Below are positions 28,319 to 41,924 of a stretch of DNA of 60,000 bases, in pieces. Position 1 is the first letter of the stretch. Every line of letters starts with the position of its first letter. Below the pieces are notes generated by a model. It made no database searches, was not told where the DNA came from, and saw only the letters and a program-made list of their open reading frames with translations. The DNA is from Camelus dromedarius (taxonomy: Eukaryota), in NCBI RefSeq assembly GCF_036321535.1, contig NC_087437.1:106208001-106268000 (forward strand). The letters run 5' to 3'. Position numbers and translations under genes: made by a program.

Positions 28319-28521
28319 TGGCTCCAGCAGTTCCGTCATGTGAAGTACCCAACTCTGCACTGAGTGGAACTGTGGTAGAGCTGCGATGTCAAGACAAAGA
28401 AGGCAATCCAGCTCCTGAATACACGTGGTTTAAGGATGGCATCCGTTTGTTGGGGAATCCCAAACTCGGCTCCCAAGGCACCAACAGCTCATATACAGTG
28501 AACACAAAATCTGGAACTCTG
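28319..28521 (+). CDS. JAM2: JAM2 exon 5 (Ig C2 domain)
   Basis: ccttcag|...|gtaagg; 203 bp; VAPAVPSCEVPNSALSGTVVELRCQDKEGNPAPEYTWFKDG...SGTL (ORF track 28318..28548). Confidence 0.98.
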
Positions 28522-30243
28522 GTAAGGTCATTTCAAGCGTTGACCTAATAACTGTCTTGCATTTGGAAAAAGAAATTATTAGAACTGCAGTGATGGAGAA
28601 CAGAAGGCTGATACCATTGCTTGTTAAGTAGAGAAAGGAGGGGGTAGCAAGAAAGATAACGGCGCTCGCACAGAGAAGTGATGGGAAAAGCTGCCCCAGG
28701 AGATGGGAAGACAAGACAGAGACCTAGGGAGCCGGGCACACCGAGGCCTGTGCCAGGGACCTGAAACAGGCTGGCATGGATTCATGGTGATGGATCAGGC
28801 CAGGGAAGGTACTAAGCACGTTCATTTTTATAATATCAGGGAAGTTCACGAACACTCTCTTAGGGACACGCTGACCTCAGTGCCAGCCACGTGAGAATAG
28901 TGACTGTTGCTAACCTATGATAGGATGTCTGTGTCATTAAACTCTGCCATGGCTAGTTCGTCAGCAACAGACTCTGTGACTTGAGTATCTGTTGCTTTGG
29001 ATTTAGGCAGATTGTCTGATGACTGAAAAGCCTTTCTAAGGAATCCTACTGGAAATCTAGAAAAAACTCTTTAAAGTTAATGACATTTACAAATAAGAGT
29101 ATTTTTACTGTTTTGTCCCTGACTTTTTAGGGTAGAGATGAGGAGTTTACAAAAAAGATCATTAAATTTGAACCTTTCTATGTTTTAAAAAAAAATTTGA
29201 GGCTTTTTGTTTTTTTCATTCAAAATAATATGTCAATTTAAACATGTCTGACTTCCAGCGATGCAGACTCACTAGCATCACTATAATCAAAGAATCTTAA
29301 AGGCATGGTAATAAAAATTTTAATGAATTTTATAAGGATGGCCTAATGTTTCCTTTCATTCCTTCAGTCTCCAAGTGCACAATGATATTTAGAAACTAGA
29401 TCCCCTGGTAACTAATCAAGTGTATTGATAAAGTGACTTAAAAAATCAGCATCTCGGCTACTCCTTAAGGAAGGAGGCCCTGCCCTGGCCCTGCAGCCCA
29501 GTCAGCAGGCTCAGTCAGCAGCTCCGAGTGATTTTTACATCGAGAAATTGGGCAGAAAACCTGCAGTCACACTTGGCTATATTTACTTTTCAAATTTAGT
29601 TTTTCTCAGACCAGGTGCTAAAAAGCCCCAAGGCAGGTCTGAGGTGAAATAGATTCACTTTCCTCAGTCAACCTCAACCCTTGAAATATCTGTGATGTCA
29701 AAGGGAGGCACCAGGGCAGAACCAGGATGGGTTATTTTCTGAGAAACTTGCCAAAGACTCAGTGTGTGGATGACAGAGGCTCCCTTTTAATCACCAGTTA
29801 TGTGCTGGGAGATCATTTCCCGTTTGAGTCTAGCTTGTGGTTTATACATAACCTTGGCTCTGAGTTCATGGTGAATGGTTTGTAAAGAAGTCTGGCTTTG
29901 AGGATTGATTCCATGTGGTGAGAATACACAAGGAGAAGCTTTCTGCTGCACCATGCTGAGGTACACAGGAGGAAGAGGGGTGTCAGTAGTGGGTAAGGAG
30001 AAGAGGAGAAGGCTGTTTTCAGGAACATACCTCGTGTGTGGGTACCAGACAGTGAGGATGTGCTCCTTAGAGGATCATGGCCTCTCAAGGATGCAGACAG
30101 TGGTGACCACTGTGGTTTTGAGGGTGTGACTGGAGGGTGCTGGAAGGATGATTCTCACCCTCTGTGCTGGTCCTGGCAGGATCCTTTAAAGTGGCCAGGA
30201 CACACTGCATTTCCTCCCTCCTAACTAACTAACTTCTGGCCTT

Positions 30244-30281
30244 CCATCCATCTATCCATCCATCCATCTATCCATCCATCC
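30244..30281 (+). repeat. (CCAT)n microsatellite
   Basis: ccatccatctatccatccatccatctatccatccatcc. Confidence 0.85.
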
Positions 30282-30961
30282 CTTCTACCCACCCTTCTTT
30301 CCTTCCTTCCAGAAATTTTCCAAGATGCTAACACTGCTAGTAACAATTATGAAGCTTATTGTATCAAAGTCTTACCTTTCAGCTGCTTTGGCAGGGAATA
30401 GATTGAGCAAGGGTTACACTTGATCTTCTCAGAATTTTCAAAAATTCAACAGCTGATGGAATTTATAATCCAGTAAACAGCATTGATTAAGGCTTTCCTA
30501 GGCCCTAAACTACTGTCTTTAGAGGAAGTGTTCGTTGTTTACTGCTGCCATAAACTTACTTGTGACTTAGAAAACTGTCCTTTAAGGCCAGCAAGGCCTT
30601 CATTTATAAATGGTGTTTCCTAGGAATTAGAAATACCTAGAATACTGAACACTACCATGTGCTGTAAACTTTAAAAAATGCCTACTGCCTTCCTAACGTA
30701 CTGCTTTCTCAGTATCACACACACAAAAAGACACTTACCCATAACTGTTTAAGTCTTTCTCTGTCAAATTAGACAGGTGGCCTAGCTAATTACTCCTTGG
30801 AGGAGTGGCAGGTTTTTAAATTCTCAGCAAAGGTATAATAAAGTCCTAAGTCATTAAAAAAAAAAAGACTAACAATGCTAAATTTAAGGAAAACGGTTCT
30901 TTTAGGAGTCTATTGATAGATGTATTGCTTAAAAACATACTTATTTTTCTTCCCCAAATAG

Positions 30962-31061
30962 CAATTTAATACTGTTTCAAAACTGGACAGTGGCGAATAC
31001 GCCTGCGAAGCCCGTAATTCCGTTGGACACCGCAGGTGTCGTGGGAAACGAATGCAAGTAG
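30962..31061 (+). CDS. JAM2: JAM2 exon 6 (end of Ig C2 domain)
   Basis: aaatag|...|gtaagc; 100 bp; QFNTVSKLDSGEYACEARNSVGHRRCRGKRMQV. Confidence 0.97.
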
Positions 31062-34000
31062 GTAAGCACGAAATAGTGGGAGGGACGAATGGTTTGCAGT
31101 TAGAACATGCAAATACCATATTCGAGGGTGGAAGGAGCAAGGGATAGGTAAGGACTGAGTGATTTGAAGGATGAACAGGATAAATGTTTAAAATCAGCTT
31201 GACATAACGTGTTACCAAGAGCAAAGATGCTGTTTCAATCCAGCTTCCAAACAAGCCAAGGATACTTATCATTATATTTTACAGATTTTTTAAATTTTTC
31301 AAGTATTATTTTTAAAATATGCTCATCTGAGAAATCCTCCTTCAAACAAAAACTAAGAGTCTTGTAAATTGCCCGGGGTCAAGGATTTGGAGCAGGGGTT
31401 CAAATCCCAGTTCTGCTTTTTCACTATATGCTCTTGGGCAAGTTAATTACATAGTAATATACTGTCCTCATAGAGTTGGTATGGAGATTCAAATAATTAA
31501 TATTCAAAAGTGTTAGGAGAATGGCATTGGCATATTGTGAGCTCTAAGTATTGGCTGTTTTAACTGTTAATTTTCTCAACCCCCTGAAATACTACGCTTG
31601 TACTTATCTAAGAGTAATCACCCCAAAAAGACATGTTAAATATGGTTATGGATCTAGTTTGCTATAAAACATAGCTGCCATATATTATATTTCACAAAAC
31701 AAGCTTCTTAATGTCCAATAAAATTTGGGCCCAAGAATCTCTTCCGATTAGATGAGTTTCAGAGCAAACTTCTTTCTCATTTTATTTTTAGTAATTTGGT
31801 TGAATTCTCTCTTGTATGAAAGCTGTGTGTTTTGAAAACGATTGTGTAATAGAGAGGGGTGAGCTGGAGGTGGCACCGAGGGGTGAAAGATCACTCAGGG
31901 AGGCTGTGTCCTGAAGCAGAAGACTGAGGGCGCCCCTCAGTTCAGGAGCCTGTCCTCAGCTTGGTGGAGTCAGAAATTCGTTTTTTCCCAATGCGTTTTG
32001 ATATGTGGGCATAGTTTGTATTGTCTGTGCACAGTTAAATTCTCAGCATAATTTTTTTAAAGAAAACATAATCCTGTTAGACTACAGGATCTCCTAAAGT
32101 AAAAGATATTCAATCGTATACTCTCATTTCCACAAGTAAGTTTGAATTTCAGGTCTTCTTAAAATTCAGGGATACCTACCATTAACCAGACTCATTCAAG
32201 TGCTGACATTTATAGTCAAACATAAGCATTTGCTTAAATTATCAGAAAAAAAATCTCTCAATGCTGCTTTGGAGTTAATAGAAAAATTCATATTACTTTT
32301 TAGTTTTTCTTTAAATGATTGTGTTTAATTTCAATGCCTGATTTAGCCTCATCTTAAGAAATATTATTTGTGAAGTCATGGTTTTGACATACTAGTTACA
32401 TTTTCGTAGCATGCAGTAAACAAATACATGACAAAATTTAGAAGCCTGTGTTTCACTAATAGTGTCATTTTAATTTGAACATGATTTCCACATATCTACC
32501 CTTTCTGGTATAATTGGCTTCAGAGTCAAAATTACTTTGTTTAAAGCTGATCCATTGATCCTAGGTGTTCACACCCTTGGTTTGGAATTCACATCTTTGG
32601 AAATACATAATTCATGAGGTCGCATTTCCAGTTTTCTGAATTATCACCAATAACTTGTAACCAAAACCAGATCTGTTAACCATTCTAACTAAATCCTTTT
32701 TGAAATGTAGGAAGAGATAAAATCATGGATTTGCTGATTGTTCCCGAGCCGCTTCATTATACAACTCCAGAAGATTCTACTCACACGTAGCATTTTAGCA
32801 TTTGGTTCCTTTCCTTTCAATTAGAATAATGATACCTTCCTTTTATCGTGATTTTTAAGAAAGAACAGTATTTTCGTATTTGTTATTAAATTTTCTCTTT
32901 ATGAGGCATAAGGTGGGCGTATGACTTGCTCAAAAACTCAAAGTAAATGGGCAAATGGGATGAACACAGTTTACCTCTAGCTTAGAAATCTTCCATCTTC
33001 TATTGAAAAAAGTAAAATAACATTTATACCACGACTTAGTACTGACAGGGTAAGAGCTTTTTTGGTTAGAATTTGCCTTTAGCTTGAAACCTGCATAGAT
33101 GTCAAATTCATTGACTATTACAAAGAAAACAGTAGGCACACAGTTTGGTTCTCAGGAGTTTTATTCAGTTATTAATTTCATTTTGCCTTAGACTATGACT
33201 ACTGTGGATTTTTTCCCCCTCTCTGTTACTTTTTTATCCAAGTGAATAAATAGCTGAATCTCAACCTCCCAATACCCAAGCAAATATGAACTGAGTTTAT
33301 ACCAAGCAATAATAATTAATGTCTTTTATTCTAGTCAAATTACTCAGACTTTCAAAGGATTTATCCCTTTTTAAAAAAAAAAATCAGTTAATATTTGAGA
33401 GGTAGCTGAAAAAATTAGTAGCATTTGGCATTTGGAAAAAATTTAAGACCAGAAAGTTTTATGATAAGCAGACTCACTTAAGTAATATTTGTTAAAAAAT
33501 CTTTCCCCAAATGTACACTGCTTTAAAATATCTAAAATTACTATTGAGAAAATGCTATCTAATATTTTCTCCAACTTATTTAATTTTATGTTAATAAATA
33601 CTTGCTTTTTAAAAAAGAACCCTTTTGTTCCTTTAAAAAGTGTAGGCTATTTGCATATTAATAAATAAGAAGTGTTTAAATGATGGAAGAGTGTGGCTTA
33701 TATGAAATCCTTATGGACAAGATGGAAAAATGGGACCCAAATTAAATGTCTAGATGGATTCACACGTAGTTGGATCCCTCACCCAGAGTATGCTAGTAAA
33801 TTTTGTTATATGAAGAGAGATGTCTAATAGCCTGTTAAATAGTTCTTTCTCAAAGTCATGTTTATCATTTTATTAATGACTTGAATGAGAGTATTTCTGA
33901 TGCATTTCCCAGCTGCAGAAATGTTAACCTCAGAAGGTTAATCATCTCATTCTTGGGCAACTGAATCAGTAACTGGAAAAACCTCACAAGTTGATAATGT

Positions 34001-34683
34001 GGTAGTGATTTCAAACTTAGGTCCAAAAAAGTACAGTTATGGTCGGTTAGAGGAAAGCTGACTTAGTAGCAACAGGAAAAAGCCTTGGGGAGTTTAAGTA
34101 ATTTTTAACTTAATGGGATAACAGTTTAACAGCATATATGTATGTGGGTGTGTATGTGTTCATGTGTGGACACACGCACACCCCCACATAAATTCAAGAA
34201 AGATGTTTCTGACATGTAGTTTTATAGAACAGCAGTGGCGCGGGCTTTCTTTGGGGCTGAATGAGTTTTCCGTATTTGGGAAATTGACACAGATGATGAT
34301 GTAGAGGAATTTTAAGAAAAATTTGAGGGGAGTGAGGCAGTAGAATTCTTGAACTCACTGAACTTCAAAGCTCACTTCCAACCTGATATTTAATCGTATA
34401 GGATTACATCTCCACATGAATGCAAGAGAATGCCGTACATTTTTTTTTCTTCTGGATCATAGAACTTTTTAAAATTTAAGATTCTTGCAAAAATTGTTAA
34501 ATTTTTAATCAATTTTGTACCACGTCCTGGGAATGCGTGAGTTTAACAGGCTTCAAAAGCATGAAACTATCCACATTTATGGTATAGCTCCGAAAGGGAG
34601 CTTTTCAGAGCTTTTTCAGTTTAATGACTCCATCTGTCCATCTCTGTGACACGAATTCACACATGGTTTATTCTGCATTCCAG

Positions 34684-34791
34684 ATGATCTCAACATAAGT
34701 GGCATCATAGCAGCCGTAGTGGTTGGGGCCTTAGTGATTTCTGTCTGTGGCCTCGGTGTGTGCTATGCTCAGAGGAAAGGCTACTTTTCAA
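34684..34791 (+). CDS. JAM2: JAM2 exon 7 (transmembrane helix)
   Basis: ttccag|...|gtaagt; 108 bp; DLNISGIIAAVVVGALVISVCGLGVCYAQRKGYFS. Confidence 0.97.
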
Positions 34792-35979
34792 GTAAGTGAA
34801 TTTCACTCTTTGCTAGACAGCTTCCTGTGGATATAGAGTTTTCTTATGAGACATTGTTTCCCCTAAGAAGTTCTCACAAACTCTGGAGAGTATTTTTCAC
34901 TGATTTTTCTGCGGTAGAAAATGTTCCAGATGACACACAGGTGAGTCATGAAGCACCTTGGCAGACAGGGAGGAAAGGCAGCGCTGTCTCATCTCAGCAT
35001 TCCGGGAAACACCACGGCATCCGTGAGAGGCGCCCTGGTACAGCGATACTGAGAGATGCTCAACGTGGTTGGTTATTTATAGTATATGTACACATATTTA
35101 AGATCCTTTTAGTTTAAGTTACGAATTGTACATCTCAAGATGTAAATTAATTTCTAGTTTTATGATAAGAAATTTCATTGAAATAAATCTGTGAAATGTT
35201 TCATCAGTGCAGAACAGTGGAGTGTTGAATGTCAAATTTAGCACAAATGTATTTAGAAGAGAATTGTTCAATAAAAACTAGAAACCAATTGTATTACAGT
35301 TGCTTCTGAGGTTTTTAATTCTTCAAGCTTAGCTGTCTTGTAACTCCCATTTGGGGATACAACAGGTTTGATGTAAATGCGTGAGATTTTAAAATAATGT
35401 TTTAGTCTCTTAATGCATTTCTTTACTCCCCGTCTTTAAATTTACCTGAGACCTTAAAAGGTGCAGAACTCCATCAGGTCCATTAGGAATCGTGAATAAA
35501 GTAGAATTTTTTAATGAAATAATAAGTTGATAGCATGGACCAGTTTTAGACCCACTGTTTTATAAGTGAACATTAATTTTGGAATTTAGGTTTAAGAAAT
35601 ATTTTATACCAAAATAAAACTTAAATTTAAGAGGGGTTTCTAATAATATCTATAAGTAGGCATTAAGTATTATAAAAACGTTTCCATGAACATGGCTTCA
35701 GGGGTATTTCTCTATAATTAAAAATAACTGCTCTGTGAATTAACAGTAGCTGTTTTTTTATATGGTGCGCTGGTCTAGTCCCGAGTAATGTAATCTGGCC
35801 GGGTCCCCCTGCTGGTCACCAGTGAAAGTACACTGGTGTCTTTGTCTCTACTTGCAAAGAATATCTGAGTATTTTTACTGAAGACTTGGTAAATTTTTCT
35901 TAAAATCCTCAATCAATTAAAGATTTGATGTGAAAATTAGTAGTTCATTAGCTAAAAATGTTACTCCCATTTTCATCTA

Positions 35980-36326
35980 GCAGAAAACCGTCTGCCAGCT
36001 GATTTTCTATGGCTCACGAGCTAAGAATGGTGTTTACAGATGAACACTGCAATCTGTTTGATAATAGAGAACACTAACTTTGAACCCCAATTAAGAGAAA
36101 TGTTATCCCCTCTCCCAAAAGAACTCCATTCTTTGAATTACCAGACATGTGTTGTAAGACTTTGATTACTATTATTGTATTTTGAATCCATTGATAAAAT
36201 CTTTGGGAAATTTGTTTTCTCTTTGTTATATAGGTATCTACTTAATATCCTCAATTTTTACCTCTGCCTGCAAAGCCTAAAACATTTGCTTTGTGGTCCC
36301 TTACAGAAAAAGTTTGCCAACCCTTG
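35980..36326. mobile_element. MER58B/C-like DNA transposon
   Basis: gagctaagaatggtgtttaca...caaagcctaaaacattt...ttacagaaaaagtttgccaacc. Confidence 0.7.
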
Positions 36327-36457
36327 ATTTAGAAGGTATAAATGTCAGCAAGTAAAAATCAAAATTGAGAAAAATAAATTACGGCAAAACTCACTTTTTA
36401 TGAATCTGTATACTATGTAAATTCTTGTATTAATGATATATACTTATTCTTTTGCAG

Positions 36458-36473
36458 AAGAAACTTCCTTCCA
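36458..36473 (+). CDS. JAM2: JAM2 exon 8 (16-bp microexon)
   Basis: tttgcag|AAGAAACTTCCTTCCA|gtaagt; gives KETSFQ and keeps frame between exons 7 and 9. Confidence 0.93.
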
Positions 36474-37033
36474 GTAAGTATACTTTCTTAATGCATGCTT
36501 TCTCCCATATCAACTACTTTTTTGTTAATCATCCATTTTAAGTCAAAAGTGAGAAGTTGAGTTATTTGTATGGGTTTAATTCTATGGGAAGTGATTCAGA
36601 TTCATCAGGAAACACATCCTACTTCATGCCTACTTGTTATTTATGTTTAATTACCTACAGAATAAATACAGTCGCTCCTTTGACTTCGTAGGCATTTCTG
36701 TAGTACTACTTAAAAATGTTTTTTTCTGTATTTTGCTAAATTTAAAATGTTCAAATAAAATTTTCCCTAACAGTCATTTTTACATTTAATTGAATACCAA
36801 TTATGTGCCCAACACTGTCCCAGGGACTGACAACACTGCAGTGAATAAAATAGGCCAGAGAAAGCCCTCTGCCTCATGGAGCTTACAATCTACTAGCGAG
36901 AGGCAGAAAGCTAACACATACGTGAACTCTACAGGATGTCAGATTGTGATAAGTACTATGGAGAAAAGCAGGTAAGAGAATAGAGAATGCACTGGGAGGA
37001 GTGGAGACTGTCCTTTTAAATAGGGTAGTTAGG

Positions 37034-37549
37034 CAGAAATAGACTAACGGACATAGAAAACAATCTGTTGTTACCAGCCGGGCAGAGGGGGTAGGGATGG
37101 ATTAGGAGCTTGGGATTAATAGATACACATTACTGTATGTAGAACAGATAAACAAGAGACCTACTGTGTAGCACAGGGAACTATGTTCAATTTCTTGTAA
37201 TGAGCTATAATGGAAAAGAATCTGAAAAAATATTTATATATCTTTATAACTGGATCGTTGCCGTACACGTGAAAATAACATTGTGAATCGACTGCACTTG
37301 AATAAAAAATAAGAATTAAAAGGAAAAAAAACAGATATGGCTTATGTAAGAAGAGAACATGTGTTTCAGTCTTAGTCACTAGCATAAATGCAAAATTCTA
37401 AGCACAGCATTAGCAAACCGAGTATATTAGCATAGGGACTATATCATCTTTGTACATAGTTAGCTGACCGCTATAATCAAATGTGCAGATTAAAATAGAA
37501 TAGATTTTAATAAAATTGACACATTTTACCAGAAAAAAAAAATTTTTTT
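37034..37549 (+). mobile_element. L1 3' end with probable 3' transduction, inserted in an L2 fragment
   Basis: L1 3' UTR 37034-37330, ~200 bp extra sequence, AATAAA 37509-37514, poly(A), 16-bp TSD (14/16). Confidence 0.85.
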
Positions 37550-37892
37550 AAATAGAGTGGTTAGGGAGGGTCTCGCAGATGAGGGGACTTTGAGAAAGGT
37601 CTTGAGGCAGGAACACCAAGGGGGCCGTGTGGTTGGAACAGAGTGAGGACAAGGCAAAGCGGAGATAAATGTGCACAAGCAGTGTAGGGGGGCCAGGTTA
37701 CATGGAGCCTCTTCCAGGCAGTTGTCAGGAGTTCGGCTTTGGTTCTGAGTGAGGTGGGAAGTCACTGGAGACCCTTGAGCAGAGTATCTCTAACCCAGAC
37801 AATAATCTGGAGGTAGAATCTGTATGCCTAGACACACCTCCCATTTGTCAAATCCATGCCCCTCAAAACCTGTTGGATAATGAATTGGATGT

Positions 37893-38269
37893 TGCATTAG
37901 TTTGTTAGGGTTGCCTTAAAAGTGCCACAGACTGGTGGTTTAAACAACAGAAATTTATTTCTCCTTGTTCTGTTCTGGAGACTAGAAGTCCAGGATCAAG
38001 ATAGCAGCAGTTACTTCTGAGGGTGTCTTTTAAAGTTGGCCTTCTCCCTGTCTTCACATGGCCTTCCCTCTCCTGTTTGTATCTCCTCTTCTCATAAGGA
38101 CACCAGTCATGTTGGATTAAGGCCCACCCTAATTACTTCATTTTAATTTAATTATCTCTTTAAAGACCCTGTCTGCTAATTCGGTCACATTCTGAGGTAC
38201 TGGAGGAGGGGGTGGGTTGGGACTTGAACAGATGACTATTTGGTGCGGGCACAGTTCAGCCCATTAACA
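37893..38269. mobile_element. MaLR LTR (MLT1A/B/C-like)
   Basis: tgcattagttt...ccacagactggtggtttaaacaacagaaatttatt...ataaggacaccagtcat...ttcagcccattaaca. Confidence 0.85.
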
Positions 38270-38689
38270 GATAGCTAGAACCATAGTCACCCTGTAAAAC
38301 TTTCTTTCCATAGAAATAAAAATGAAATTTGAGATTATAATGATAACGATTTCAAAATGATAAACGTTAATGAGTTGATGAGCTAAAAGTAAAGTTTCTG
38401 GTTTGCATACTCCACAAAAGTTGTTAGTATCAAGCCCTAGGCTATAAATAGACACGGGGTTCACACATACTGATATTTTGTTGCATGGTTTTCTCTGTGA
38501 ATATTGTCTATAAATAGAAGAAATTCAGTTAGGCTTGCTGGGCGGGGAGGGGGGTTGTACCTGGCTAAGACAAATGTTCATCCTCCTGTTGAGAAAATAG
38601 ATGGAAGTAGCGTTAACCAAAAGCGGGTATGTGTTTCAGAATTGGCCATGATAATGTAGTAAATATTGTCTTTTCTGTTCCATAAACAG

Positions 38690-38732
38690 GAAGAGCAGTT
38701 CTGCATCTAAAGCCACGACAATGAGCGAAAAT
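38690..38732 (+). CDS. JAM2: JAM2 exon 9 (cytoplasmic tail)
   Basis: aaacag|...|gtgagt; 43 bp; KSSSASKATTMSEN. Confidence 0.95.
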
Positions 38733-39952
38733 GTGAGTATTTGTTGAGCATATTTATAGAACGAATGTGTTTAGGGAATTGGGCAGGAAAAAAGTAATTG
38801 TACGGAAGTGATGAATTTTCACTTTTAATATATTTTGTACTAGTGGTTACCGCTGGTCTTTAGAAGGAGCTAAATAAATGTCAGCCTCCAGCCCCTGTCT
38901 GGGAGGGACGATAAAGCTGCCCAGCACGTGTAGAACAATGGCGCTTTACCGCGCTATTATAATCTCTCATGGTGTTTTCTATTATTAGTCAGCCTCCTTG
39001 GTATCATTAGATCTGGCATTATCAGCTCCACTTTATAGATGAGGTGATTAAGACACAAGTGCTCACAGGAGTACAGTGGCCGAGCTGGGACCCAGGTACC
39101 TTGATTTCTTGTCAGGCTGACCAAGCAGATCGCTTCCAGCACATCTGTGGTTCCAGGACTCTTCTGTGGTTATTCAGAGCACTTAGATGTTTTAGGGAAG
39201 TGGAATACCCTGTGCCTTTGTTGAAAGGAGCATTTCAGAAATCCTTGAAAAGATGCAGGGATGATCTAATTCGGATGGGTAAGGGACCGTAATTTAGACA
39301 TCCAGACCATCCTGAACTTTTGCATTTGTAAGCTCTACAGGGAAGCAGTTAAGTACCATTGTTGCTCAGATTTTGTAGCTCTTTGGATGGATATTCAGCC
39401 TTCTGGACTATGTTTCAGGGATACACTTGGGGGAGAGAGTTTTTATGTTTTTAGAAGCTAAGTCCTTTCTTGAGAAATGGGGCGCTGGCTCCCCGAATTC
39501 CGTGGTCCTCTACAATAGGGATCTCTTAGCTTTCCTTTCAGTAGAGCTTGGGGTGGGGTGTGGACGTCAATATTTTAAACACTGAAGTGACTCTAATGGA
39601 CACTAACGTGTAAGACCTATGTACTGCTCCACAGAGGATTTTCTGTCAAAAATTGTTAAAATTGTCGACTCCAGAATCTATCACGGAAGGCACTTTATTT
39701 CATAGTTTACAGTACTGAACGCATGTTATTCTTTAATTAGCAGCTAAGCAGTATGTAACTCCACATTTGCTCCTACAATTTGTGGAAAATACTCCTTGAG
39801 TGTGGAATAAAATAACCTCATCCCATCAAACAGGAAGAGACACTCTGTGGCTGAGCTGGAAGAACAAAAGCCTCTTTCTTTTTCCTTGTCTTCCTCTCGG
39901 TTGCCCTGGTCATCAGCTGAGAGCTAGTCCCAGTGCTAGTTCGACCCAAGAG

Positions 39953-40150
39953 CAGGGTTTCTCGAACTTGGCACTAAGGACATTTTCTTATAGTTCTCAT
40001 GTAAAATTTATATAAGAAATGACAATTTCTTACAATTCTTATATAATGAGTTCTTATAATTTCATATAGTTCTTTGTTGTGACGATTATAGAATGCTTAG
40101 CAGCACCTGACCTCTATCCATTAGATGTGAGCAGCATCACCCCCAGCAAA
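39953..40150 (-). mobile_element. MER20 fragment interrupted by an AT-rich insert
   Basis: cagggtttctcgaacttggcact...ttctttgttgtg...agaatgcttagcagc. Confidence 0.65.
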
Positions 40151-40390
40151 CAAGATTTCTCCTGCTCTAATTCCCTCTCCTACTTCTTTACTCTTTAGGC
40201 AATGTTTCAAAGATTCGTCTTCTAGCATTTAGTTATTTTATCCCCCATAAAAACGATTTAATTATGTGTACACTGGTTTGTACCTGTGAAAGTCACAGAG
40301 TGGATGTAGTTTTATACTCATAAGACATATACTTCTTTAAAGATGAACTAATGCATGATATTTAAACTCAGTTTTTCTTTCTTTTCCTAG

Positions 40391-40423
40391 GATTTCAAGC
40401 ATACAAAATCCTTTATAATTTAA
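40391..40423 (+). CDS. JAM2: JAM2 exon 10 coding part with C-terminal PDZ-binding motif and stop
   Basis: ttcctag|GATTTCAAGCATACAAAATCCTTTATAATTTAA = DFKHTKSFII*; exons 2-10 total 830 coding nt in one frame. Confidence 0.96.
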   Translation, partial: DFKHTKSFII

Positions 40424-41924
40424 AAGAACCCCACCTTTGAGATACACCAAAACCACAGCTGTTGCCCAAGTTATTTAAAGATTATAAAACTCTGCTTTGT
40501 CTTACATTTGCAAAGAGATCCATGAGGAGATGAAATGGGTATTTCATTATAATCTTTATGACTGCTAAATCACTTGAAATTTTTATTTTACACAAATAGT
40601 TCTGTCAGCACCTAAAATACAGTCTGGTTTCTTATGTCTGGACGAAGTTTTAAAGAATCAAAATACTTTGTAATATTGCGGGACTTGTGAAACGTTAAAT
40701 ATCCTAACTCCTAGAGGAAGTTACTAAAATGTATCATGTTGGTTGTGAAATTAATCCCCAAAGCCTGAAAATATAAACTGCATGACCCTCTGTGTGAGAT
40801 TTAGAGGGTTCAGAAAATATTCTGACAGATCCAAAAGGAACCTCTGGTCTCATATCTACCAGGATCCTCTTTTCTCCCCTAATATAATCCTGACTCCGCT
40901 GCTCCTTTATCACTAATATATCCACAGAAGGGAGATGGCGGGACTGGGTCTTACACCCAAGGATTTGCACTCTGGGTTTACTTTCTGAGAACTGAAAGCA
41001 ACATGAAGAAGAACATCTAATGACCAGAGCTCACTCACCAGTGTGTGTCAATGATTTCTTCATTAAACACTGTTTTGAGTCACACACAAACCCAAGCGTC
41101 TTATTTCACCCCCAGAGCTTCCTGTCATTGCTTCCTTCCCCAAGGCCCCCTTGAAGAGCAACAGTGACCCTGACGTCAGAACTCACCACTGGAGCCAACA
41201 CACAGGACCCTGCAGGTACCTGTCCCTGTGTGATGGTGACTTCACATCTCTCTGTCTCTCAAAATCACGCAGTGAATTCTGTGTTGGCCTGAGTCCCTTG
41301 CTCTTTGGCTAGTGGTCTGCCGATCCTGCTTACGGCCAAGTCAGGGATACAGAGGGGAGGAGTGGCTGTCGCACAAGAAAAATGAGATGAAGCAGCTCGG
41401 TGTGGCTCCCCCAACCTGGAGCCCTGCTTGAGACTTAGAAGACACAGGAGAAATGAAGTGAAAACTGGGCCTGATCATCTGGCTTCTCAACTGATATGTC
41501 ACAAAGACCTCCAGCTAGTGTTACAACGTGAAAACTCCAGTGACCCACGTACTAGGGAGAGCAGTTAGGCTGTGTTCAGTTAGGAATGATCATCTATAAC
41601 TTATGCTGATTATTCAATTCATATTAAAAACAAAGCATGGCTAGGGCATTTCCAATTCTAGGCAAATCTGGAAGACAAGGTCCCTCACTACCTTTGACAA
41701 CTTTGAACACGGTTACGCTGCTTTGAAAGGAGCCCTGCTTTTTTCCCAATTGGCAAAGCAAATCCCCAGGATTCACTGGACAACAACTGGATTAAGTCCT
41801 CACCAGGTGCCTAACATATGCCAGGACAGCAGGTCACTGGGAAGATGCCTGTTGTCAGATTGCCTGCCCCCACCCTCCATCCCTGCCCCACTTACCCGTG
41901 ACATTCAATGCTTTTCAGCAGACC

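Noticed and set aside
30910..31272. 120-aa minus-strand ORF
   Set aside because: Antisense shadow of JAM2 exon 6 plus intron
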